Source of the DNA: Candidatus Latescibacterota bacterium
GTDB lineage: Bacteria > Latescibacterota > CBDEFO01
Assembly: GCA_965237525.1 (NCBI GenBank)
Contig: CBDEFO010000008.1
Location: 1,824,001 to 1,888,000 of the forward strand
DNA length: 64,000 nucleotides
Reading direction: 5' to 3'
Shown one piece after another: positions 53,658 to 61,856 of this stretch. Below the pieces are notes generated by a model. The model was not told the DNA's origin and did no database searches. It saw only the letters and a program-made list of their open reading frames with translations. Positions within the stretch are counted from its first letter, which is position 1; each line of letters begins with the position of its first letter. Made by a program: the position numbers and the translations under genes.

Positions 53658-55172
53658 ATGCCTTCGTTCAGAAGACCAAGGGGTACTGAAGACTTTCTCC
53701 CAGATGAGATGATCATAAGAAGTTACGTCGAGGGTATTATGAGGGAGACGTTTGAATCTTACGGTTTTCAGCAGGTGCAAACGCCTATCTTTGAGGAATT
53801 TGCGTTGCTTGCAGCGCGTTCAGGCGAGGAGATTCGGGAAGGTATGTTCACCTTCGTAAGCGACGATACTGAATATGCCCTGCGACCAGAACTAACGGCG
53901 CCTGTATGCCGCCTTGTGGCTACGGGAGAGTTAGAGCCTTTCCCAAGACCGTATAAGGTCTACTGTATCGGACAATGTTTCAGATACGAGCGGCCGCAGG
54001 CGGGACGATACAGGGAGTTCAGGCATGCCAGTTTGGAGCTTATAGGATCCTCATCACCGATGGCAGACGCCGAGGTGATCAGCGTCGCTTCCAGTATACT
54101 TGACAAGTTGGGAATTTCCGACTACACCTTGAAAGTCGGCAACATCGGCATCTTTCGTTATGTTCTGGCGAGCAAGGGTTTCGACTATAACTTCCAAAGT
54201 AAAATTATAAGTGATATAGATAATGTCATCAGCCTGCGAGAAAAATGCGAAACTATTAGAGGGCGATCCAACTTTGAACGCGATGACATCGAATACGTCA
54301 AAGGAAAAATCAGAGACCTTTACACCTTTCAGGATGAGGTGGACTACGAGGGAGAACATGAGATCGTACCTCAGCGGGTCCTCGATGAGGCTTCTATAAG
54401 AAGATGGCTTGATGAGCTCCCACTCGTCGCTGAGGACACATACCGTAGCATCTGGGTAAAAAAGGACGTTATAGGTGAAGAGCTGGCAGATCTCTTAATC
54501 AATATATCGAAAGTCAGAGGAAGCAAAGATGAAACCCTCCAAGCTGCAAAAGACCTCATCTGGAATACAGATGCAAAGGGTGCTTTCGAAGAGCTTCAGG
54601 AGGTGCTCAACTGGCTGGAACACTATGGAGTGAGTAATTACCAGGTGGTCCTGGGAGTAGCACGCGGCCTGGACTACTATACGGGAACTGTATTTGAGAT
54701 TGATTGCCCGTTGCTCGGCGCTCAAAAGCAGATATGTGGTGGGGGGAGATACGACAAACTGGTAAGCGAATTTGGGGGGCCGGAGATACAGGCGACAGGA
54801 TTTGCTTTCGGCTTCGACAGAGTCACAGAGGCGTTTAAAAAGAGTGACGGGATCGTCCCCCCCCAAAAGGTCCATATCTTTGTCGCTGCTGTTTCAGAAG
54901 ATATGAAGGCAAAGGCGGTCGAAATAGCAGGTATGTTAAGAGGTCGCGGTAAGAGGGTGGAAGTCGATATGCTGAAACGGGGCCTGCAGGACCAACTCGG
55001 TTATGCCTCCGGCATAAACTGCGATTATGCTGTGATCGTGGGTCCGGACGAGCTTGAGAAGGAGTCCGTGATTCTAAGAAATATGAGGACTCGAGAGCAA
55101 GAATTAGTTGCTATCTGTTCGCTTGCCGATTCGGTAAACCAGTCCCCGATTGAATCTATCGGGGGTAGCTGA
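53658..55172 (+). CDS. hisS: Histidine--tRNA ligase (archaeal-like, enlarged insertion domain)
   Basis: PRGTEDF, LRPELTAP, FRYERPQAGRYREF, RGLDYYTG, GGGRYD, GFAFGFDR, C-terminal anticodon-binding domain; AAGGAG RBS. Confidence 0.88.
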   Translation: MPSFRRPRGTEDFLPDEMIIRSYVEGIMRETFESYGFQQVQTPIFEEFALLAARSGEEIREGMFTFVSDDTEYALRPELTAPVCRLVATGELEPFPRPYKVYCIGQCFRYERPQAGRYREFRHASLELIGSSSPMADAEVISVASSILDKLGISDYTLKVGNIGIFRYVLASKGFDYNFQSKIISDIDNVISLREKCETIRGRSNFERDDIEYVKGKIRDLYTFQDEVDYEGEHEIVPQRVLDEASIRRWLDELPLVAEDTYRSIWVKKDVIGEELADLLINISKVRGSKDETLQAAKDLIWNTDAKGAFEELQEVLNWLEHYGVSNYQVVLGVARGLDYYTGTVFEIDCPLLGAQKQICGGGRYDKLVSEFGGPEIQATGFAFGFDRVTEAFKKSDGIVPPQKVHIFVAAVSEDMKAKAVEIAGMLRGRGKRVEVDMLKRGLQDQLGYASGINCDYAVIVGPDELEKESVILRNMRTREQELVAICSLADSVNQSPIESIGGS

Positions 55173-55174
55173 CC

Positions 55175-56485
55175 ATGGAGGAAAAGCCATTAATCAACCT
55201 TGTCTTCGCCGGCCACCTGGATGGCGGAAAATCGACTCTGGTCGGGAGAATGCTCTACGAACTCGGTCGCTTACCAGAGCAGACGATCTCCAGGTTAAGA
55301 AGACACGCTAAGGCGGCTGGAAAAGAGACATTTTTCTACGCCTTCAACTCAGACCGAAGTCTCGAGGAACGTGAAAGAGGCATAAGCATAGAAGCACACT
55401 TTGATGACTTTGAGACGGAGCAGAGAAGGTTCAATATCATCGACGCTCCCGGGCACCAGGACTTTGTAAAGAATATGATCATGGGGGCGGCAAAGGCAGA
55501 TGTCGGGGTCTTGGTACTGGATGCTCAAGAGACCTCTCACGAAGAGCTACAGCCTCAGACGAGGGAGCATCTTATTCTGCTCCACTCCCTCGGAGTCGAA
55601 AAGCTTATTGTAGTCGCAAATAAAATGGATCTGGTGGACTACTCCAGGGAGATCTATGAATCCTTAAAGATCAAAATAGAAGATTTTCTCAAGCAAGTCC
55701 TGTGTAAGTTCCAGGATGAGCTTGTATATGTTCCTGCCTCAGCATACTGTGGAGAAAACGTCGTTGAATCATCCGATAGGTTGCTGTGGTATTCTGGCCC
55801 TACGTTTCTGGAGGCTCTGGAAGGCATAGAACAGCCTCACAGACTTGTGGATGCGCCTCTTCGAATGCCGATTGTCAGGACGTTCAACGTCCAGTTTGGC
55901 GCTGCGGCCACCGGAAAGATAGAGACGGGAAGAGTTCGACCGGGTGATACGGTGGTAATCGTTCCGTATCCTGGAATAGGTTCTATAACGGGACGTGTCA
56001 GTTCGATAAAATGTAAGGATGAAGATAAAAAGGAGGCAACTGCCGGAGATGATGTCGGTCTCCTATTGGAACAGTTAGAGCAGGGGTTCGTAATACGTAA
56101 GATTAAAAAGGGATTTATGCTTGCCGGCTCTGAGCATCCTCCGGTCGAGGCAGAAAGGTTCAAGGCCCGGATTGTAGTGTTAGACCATCCGTCCGAAATC
56201 AGAGCTGGTTATACGCCGTACCTGCATTGCCATCAAGCGTCCCTCCCATGCCGAATTACAGAAATTGAAGATGTACGGGACTCAAAGAGCAACAAGCCAA
56301 AAGAGTCGAATAGTGGAAGTCTTGTAAATGGCGATATGGCAACAGTGTGGATCGAACCTCAAAAGCCTCTCGTAATAGAACAGGCACAGGACTTTCCACG
56401 GTTAGGGAGATTTGCATTACGAGACGGAAGAACTATAGGAAGCGGCAGGTGTCTTAAGATTGTCCCAAAAGAAAATAGACAGTAG
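55175..56485 (+). CDS. Translational GTPase resembling archaeal EF-1alpha (divergent paralog)
   Basis: GHLDGGKST, EERERGISI, DAPGHQDFVKNMI, NKMD, SAY; domain III FKARIVVLDHPSEIRAGYTPYLHCH and KPLVIE..FPRLGRFALRD. Confidence 0.85.
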   Translation: MEEKPLINLVFAGHLDGGKSTLVGRMLYELGRLPEQTISRLRRHAKAAGKETFFYAFNSDRSLEERERGISIEAHFDDFETEQRRFNIIDAPGHQDFVKNMIMGAAKADVGVLVLDAQETSHEELQPQTREHLILLHSLGVEKLIVVANKMDLVDYSREIYESLKIKIEDFLKQVLCKFQDELVYVPASAYCGENVVESSDRLLWYSGPTFLEALEGIEQPHRLVDAPLRMPIVRTFNVQFGAAATGKIETGRVRPGDTVVIVPYPGIGSITGRVSSIKCKDEDKKEATAGDDVGLLLEQLEQGFVIRKIKKGFMLAGSEHPPVEAERFKARIVVLDHPSEIRAGYTPYLHCHQASLPCRITEIEDVRDSKSNKPKESNSGSLVNGDMATVWIEPQKPLVIEQAQDFPRLGRFALRDGRTIGSGRCLKIVPKENRQ

Positions 56486-56604
56486 AGAGGGGCACATGCA
56501 CCCATTGCCCATGTCAAGAGGTCGGTGGAACAGACATTCTTTTCTGTTCTTTAGAAGTAGACAGTAGGTTAGGCGGTGTTCCTACCTGCTACCTAAACTA
56601 AACA

Positions 56605-57363
56605 ATGCATACCAACAAAGCTACAAAGAAGCTGAAGATAGCCCTTCCCAAGGGAACCCTGCAATCCGATACGTTAGCTCTGTTTACGAAGGCGGGCTAC
56701 ACGATCGGAGGCTACAACACAGAGAACAGGAACTACAGGCCCACGATCCACGACCAAGAGATGGCACTCAAGGTCTTGCGACCGCAGGAGATCCCACTTT
56801 TTGTATCCGATACGGCATATGATTTGGGCATTGCCGGCATAGACTGGGTGCTGGAAAACGGCATCCAGCAGCGCGATCAGACCCAACAGATAGAGGAGAT
56901 TCTGGATCTGGAATATGGGCCGGTGCAATTGGTGCTTGCTGTGCCTGAGGATTGGTCGGATGTGGATTCGTTCGGGGACCTTATGGAATTTCACTGGGGA
57001 AACGTAAGGATCGCCACAGAGTATCTCAATCTGGCCTCGAAATATGTCCTTGAACGCACCGATTCAGAGCCCAGCATCAGATCGCCCTGGAGCCAGAGGT
57101 ATCGTCAGCATACGTCGAGGGTGGAGCTTCTGCACTCGTTTGGAGCAAGTGAAGGTAAGCCTCCGGAAGATAGCGAGGCTATAATAGATATTGCCAGTCC
57201 AAAGGCGACGACAATAAAGGAAAATGGGTTGAAGATAGTAGATGTCATTTTAACATCTACGGCTCGACTTTTGGCTTCATCCAAAGCTCTTGCTGATCCT
57301 TGGAAAGCTGTGAAGATAAACGAAGTCAAAGAGAAGCTGGCAAAAGCCATCTCGTCCGATTGA
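56605..57363 (+). CDS. hisG: ATP phosphoribosyltransferase-like protein lacking the C-terminal regulatory domain
   Basis: IALPKGTL, LRPQEIP, DLGIAGIDW, LDLEYG, RIATEY, SFGASEGKPP, STARL. Confidence 0.85.
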   Translation: MHTNKATKKLKIALPKGTLQSDTLALFTKAGYTIGGYNTENRNYRPTIHDQEMALKVLRPQEIPLFVSDTAYDLGIAGIDWVLENGIQQRDQTQQIEEILDLEYGPVQLVLAVPEDWSDVDSFGDLMEFHWGNVRIATEYLNLASKYVLERTDSEPSIRSPWSQRYRQHTSRVELLHSFGASEGKPPEDSEAIIDIASPKATTIKENGLKIVDVILTSTARLLASSKALADPWKAVKINEVKEKLAKAISSD

Positions 57364-57377
57364 TCCACAACAGAATT

Positions 57378-57470
57378 GAGATTGCTTCCCCCCGATAGAT
57401 TCAATCGGGGGTCGCTCGCAATGACATTGCTCAGTTTGGGTCATTGCGAGGGATGAAATCCACAAGCATT
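57378..57470. repeat. Inverted pair of GAGATTGCTT..CTCGCAATGAC repeat elements
   Basis: Same family as 34438-35440 and about 41766-41800; contains the CCCCGATAGATTCAATCGGGG hairpin. Confidence 0.7.
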
Positions 57471-57523
57471 TTCACCGTTTGTTCATCCCCAGGTTTGATT
57501 GCTCTGCTTACGAGAGTGAACCT

Positions 57524-58795
57524 ATGCGAATCTATAGATTAAATGACCTGTCCGAAGCCCAAAGGGACAAAATACTCAACAGGTCAGAAGCCGAGTTTGA
57601 GAACCTCATTCCCTACGTGCAAAAGATTATGGATGACGTCAGACAAAATGGAGATGAGGCTCTCTTGAGGCTAACCGAACTACATGACCAAGTAAGAATA
57701 TCGGACATTGCCATCGCAGATGAAGAGTTCGACAGAGCCTACGAGCAAGTGGGGGATCCTGGAGTCTCTGCCCTTAAGCATGCGATGCGAAATCTGGAGG
57801 TCTTCCACAGGACCCAGCTCGTCGAAGAGGAGATAGTCCAGGTGGACGAAGGCATCCGAATCGGTCGCCTTAATCGACCCGTTGAGAAAGTCGGCATCTA
57901 TATTATCAGCGGTTACACCTCCGAGGTGCTGATGAACGGGGTGCCGTCTGGGATTGCGGGCTGTAAAGAGCGCGTCATCTGCACTCCCCCGCAAGAGGGC
58001 GGAAGCGTCCCCGCATCGATTTTAGTTGCGGCGGATCTTGTCGGCGTACGGAGGATATTTAAGGTAGGAGGTGCGCAGGCAATTGCAGCCATGACCTACG
58101 GTACGGAGACGATTCCAAAGGTTTACAAGATCTTTGGAGCTGGGAACAACTACGTGACAGCGGCTAAGATGCTGGCCTTTGGCCAGGTAAACATAGATCT
58201 TCCAGCCGGCCCAAGCGAGATTTTCATCATCGCCGACGAGAGCGCCGATGCAAGATTTGTCGCCGCCGATCTGATCTCTCAGGCGGAACACCCAAATTCA
58301 GCGTGTATACTTATCACAACGTCTCAAGCTTTAGCTGCTGACGTCAAAAGGAAAATTGATCAGCAACTTGCCCTCCTCCCCACAAAGGAGAGTGCAAAGG
58401 GAGCAATCGAAAAGAACGGCGCGATCATAATTGCGGACGATCTTGCCGATTCCATTGACTTTGCCAACGCATATGCGCCCGAACATCTGGAGATTATGAC
58501 CACAGACGATCAGGCGATCCTCGAAAAGATCACGAATGTCGGCTCCGTATTTCTGGGTCCTTACTCGACGGTACCGGCGGGGGATTATGCCTCAGGCAGC
58601 AATCACGTGCTGCCAACAGGTGGTTTTGCAAAGATGTTCTCCTCTCTTTCGGTCGACTCGTTTATCCGTAAGGTGGAGGTGCAACAAGTAAGCAAAGAAG
58701 GGCTTTCTTCAATCCGAAAAGCTGTGGGATATTTGGCTGATGTTGAGGGATTTGCCGCCCATAAAAGAGCAGTGGAAATCCGCCTTGAGAATTGA
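57524..58795 (+). CDS. hisD: Histidinol dehydrogenase-like protein
   Basis: GGAQAIAA, GNNYVTAAK, DLPAGPSE, SQAEH, APEHLE, GDYASGSNHVLPT, EGFAAH. Confidence 0.9.
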   Translation: MRIYRLNDLSEAQRDKILNRSEAEFENLIPYVQKIMDDVRQNGDEALLRLTELHDQVRISDIAIADEEFDRAYEQVGDPGVSALKHAMRNLEVFHRTQLVEEEIVQVDEGIRIGRLNRPVEKVGIYIISGYTSEVLMNGVPSGIAGCKERVICTPPQEGGSVPASILVAADLVGVRRIFKVGGAQAIAAMTYGTETIPKVYKIFGAGNNYVTAAKMLAFGQVNIDLPAGPSEIFIIADESADARFVAADLISQAEHPNSACILITTSQALAADVKRKIDQQLALLPTKESAKGAIEKNGAIIIADDLADSIDFANAYAPEHLEIMTTDDQAILEKITNVGSVFLGPYSTVPAGDYASGSNHVLPTGGFAKMFSSLSVDSFIRKVEVQQVSKEGLSSIRKAVGYLADVEGFAAHKRAVEIRLEN

Positions 58796-58813
58796 CTAAG
58801 GGGTAGACGAACA

Positions 58814-59017
58814 ATGAGGCGCGAAGAGCACAGATGGCTCTTTGACCATCTTGATATAGTTAGACAGTTTACGGGAGAATGGATCGCCGTGTTGGATGAT
58901 GAGATCATAGCTCACAGCAAGGACTTTCAAAACGTGATGGACGAAGGGAGAAAGATACACCCTAACCCTCTACTTATCTGGGTGCGTGAGGACATAGGGA
59001 CCGGTGGGACAGTATAA
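58814..59017 (+). CDS. Small DUF5678-like protein
   Basis: FTGEWIAVLDDEIIAHSKD pattern, 67 aa. Confidence 0.65.
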   Translation: MRREEHRWLFDHLDIVRQFTGEWIAVLDDEIIAHSKDFQNVMDEGRKIHPNPLLIWVREDIGTGGTV

Positions 59018-59190
59018 GTCCAAATGAGTTGAGTATCGAGTAGTCCCCGATCCCCGACAGGTTCGATGGGGGGTAGTGGACAGGTAAATGTGGCAGCAAG
59101 CCACGAACCGGTTTTCCCTACGTAGCTGTCTCTTATGTTGGATCTCTATAATCGTGTCCAGTTGTCAATTTTGCCCATAATCTCTACTGA

Positions 59191-60204
59191 TCAGGGCTTT
59201 TGTGCACGAGAACTCAAGTCGTTGCGCGTCTGCCCTGTTATGTTATGGTGCTTCTCGCCTGACGCATCCACGGGGTCAACGTGTATGGTAGCATTGGAGA
59301 GGCAGCCCAGGTGACTCAAAAGTTGGTTCTGTACCTTATTGGCTATCTCATGTCCTTGTGCCACGGTTAGCTCGGAATCCACAGCGATGTTCACTTCGGC
59401 GTGCAGTCGATGTCCTATCCATCTTACTCTAACTTCGGTGACCTCGCGGACCCCTGAAACTTGATTCGCAGCTCCTCTTGCCTCCTGGATGATCTCAGGA
59501 TCTACTCCGTCTAAAAGGCGGCTGAATACGGATTTTCCAGCTTTCCACACTATCCAGAGAATCGCGGCGGTGATAAGGAGTCCTACAATGGGGTCTGATA
59601 GCGGATAGCCGAGCCAGATGCCCAGCGCTCCGAACAACACAGCAAGACTGGTCCAGCCGTCTACGCGCGCGTGGTAACCGTCCGCAACAAGAGCCGCACT
59701 GCCTATCTCCTTGCCTACCTTAATGCGGAAAAGTGCAACAGCTTCGTTGCCCCCAAACCCAACTATCGAAGCGGTGATCACTGCCCACAGATGCTCTACA
59801 TTCTGCGGATGTATTAACCGATTGATCGATTCGTACCCCGCGACAACAGCGCTGAACAGAATAATAAACACGATAACTACTCCGGCAAGATCTTCAACCC
59901 TGCCGTAGCCGTAAGAGAATCTCCTGTTGGGCTTTATGCGCACAAGCTTGAAAGCGATCCACAGTGGGAGAGCTGTGGCAGCATCGCCGAAGTTGTGAAT
60001 CGTATCTGCCAAAAGGGCAACGCTTCCAGAGAGCCAGACAACCAGGATCTGGAGCAGTGCAGTAATCATCAGTACGGAAAATGACCATTTAATAGCCCAT
60101 ATTCCACGATCACTACTCATCACTGAAGGGTCCACAACTCCGTGGGTATGGCTGTGTGAACCGGAATGATCGCCCTTGTGCAAATGCCTGAGTCCTGACA
60201 CCAT
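59191..60204 (-). CDS. Cation diffusion facilitator (CDF) transporter
   Basis: His-rich N-terminus, SVALLADTIHN, FSYGYGRVE, ADGYHARVD, IHVDP. Confidence 0.95.
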   Translation of the reverse strand: MVSGLRHLHKGDHSGSHSHTHGVVDPSVMSSDRGIWAIKWSFSVLMITALLQILVVWLSGSVALLADTIHNFGDAATALPLWIAFKLVRIKPNRRFSYGYGRVEDLAGVVIVFIILFSAVVAGYESINRLIHPQNVEHLWAVITASIVGFGGNEAVALFRIKVGKEIGSAALVADGYHARVDGWTSLAVLFGALGIWLGYPLSDPIVGLLITAAILWIVWKAGKSVFSRLLDGVDPEIIQEARGAANQVSGVREVTEVRVRWIGHRLHAEVNIAVDSELTVAQGHEIANKVQNQLLSHLGCLSNATIHVDPVDASGEKHHNITGQTRNDLSSRAQKP

Positions 60205-60781
60205 ATGCCCTGTCTCTACAGATTCTGAAAGACCTTACTTAATGTTCTTGCAGGCTCCTTCAAAGCTTCGCATATACCCGATTGATTCTATCGGGATCGG
60301 TAAGCTTAGTAGTTACACACTTGGTATTTCTAACAGATAGATCTATCCACGAATAGCGTATTCAGTTGCCGTAGAAAATGACACGACACTTCTCTCCTAC
60401 AAAGTGGATATAATATCTCTTGATTGTCCATATCGTAGGACAATAATAATGGAGTCGGCATAGTTTGTCAAGGTCTCTTTTTGCAAGAATTCCAGAAGGC
60501 TTCGTAGTACGATTAAGACTCTGATTATGCAAAGATTACATCATCACAATTGGGACTTCTCCTCCAGGGAAGCACGTCAACTCCCTGTAAGCCATTGAGG
60601 CGCTTAGAAATATTCACGAAAGGGAGCCCCTATCCACAAAATGTCCAGATAAGAAGGTAAAATCGTGCCCTTTCCTCTCCCAAGAAACTTGTAGTTGACA
60701 TTGGATCAGTAATTTTATAATATTATAATATTATAGAGAAACTGTGTCTTTATATGTAACTTCAGCACAGAGGACAGAGGG

Positions 60782-61682
60782 ATGTACAGGATAACCAGAT
60801 AGACAAAAGACAACCCCCCGTCTTGGAGATAGACCCTGGTGAGATTGTGGTCTTGGAGACGTACGACGCCCGCACAGGTACGATACAGTCTGAGGAGGAC
60901 ATTCTGGATCGTCCGCACCCTGTGGGTTCCAACCCTTCTACAGGATCCATCTACGTAAGAGGGGCGGAGCCCGGCAAAAGTCTCGTCGTGGAAATAGAGA
61001 AGATAGAACTTGCTGACCGGGGTTTCGTCGCAGTCAAAGCCGGTGAGGGCTTTTTAGCGCACATGGCTCTTAGCACATATGGCTCTTAGCACATATGGCT
61101 CCCAGATTCGGTACCAGCATGGTCTCTGTTGAGGGCCTGGAACTCATCTTCAGCGACAAGATAAGATTTCCCGCAAGGCCTATGGTCGGCGTCATCGGAA
61201 CTGCTCCCGAGGGAGAGGGGGTAAGGAAAGGCCTTCCCGGACCTCACGGCGGAAACATGGACAACAACGAAGCAGAAGAAGGCTCCAAGATCCATCTCCC
61301 TGTCTCAGTTCCAGGTGCTCTCCTTCTCATCGGAGACGTACACGTCTCAATGGGAGATGGAGAGATATCCTATCTCGGTGTAGAGATATGCGCTGAAGTC
61401 ACGGTCAAAGTAGATCTACTCAAAGGAGAGACCATAAAGAGGCCATGGATAGAGACTCCCGACGCCTGGGTCAGCACAGGCGAAGCTTATGACCTTTCTG
61501 AAGCGCTTCAAATGGCATGCGAAGTAGATGGTCGAGAGGTACTCAAGCGTGCATGCGGCGTCTCATTTGAGGACGCCTACATGCTCTTAAGCGCAAGGGG
61601 AGACCTCAAAATATCTCAGTGCTGTGATCCGGGAGAATTTCCCGTAACCACGAGGGTCGTATTGCCTAAACTCTCAAGATAA
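60782..61682 (+). pseudogene. Acetamidase/formamidase family gene, disrupted
   Basis: NPSTGSIYVRGAEPG, PMVGVIG, HGGNMD, GDVHVSMGDGE; early TAG and a 32-bp (2 x 16-bp) insertion at 61063-61094. Confidence 0.85.
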
Positions 61683-61856
61683 TATGATCTGTTGCAAAGA
61701 TGAGTGTAGCGCGAGCCCTTGTGTGGTGGAGGAAGCGATGTGGCGACGAGCCACGAAGTGGTTCGCCCAAATTTCGGGCAGATGCACTGGAAAAGCCCCT
61801 ACAGATCTGTCTGGCATAACGAAGAACTTTCTGGGGAAAAGGATCAGGAGAGATAA

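Noticed and set aside
53658..55172. Calling the synthetase-like gene hisZ
   Set aside because: It keeps RGLDYY, GGGRYD, full motif 2 and the anticodon-binding domain that HisZ typically lacks.
55175..56485. Calling the GTPase CysN, SelB or ordinary EF-Tu
   Set aside because: Lacks CysN GSVDDGKST and YTRNM motifs and a cysD neighbour; lacks the SelB C-terminal extension; domain III and the post-G1 insert look EF1A-like.
53329..60300. Genomic island integrated at tRNA-His
   Set aside because: No integrase and no convincing direct repeat of the tRNA 3' end were found in the window.
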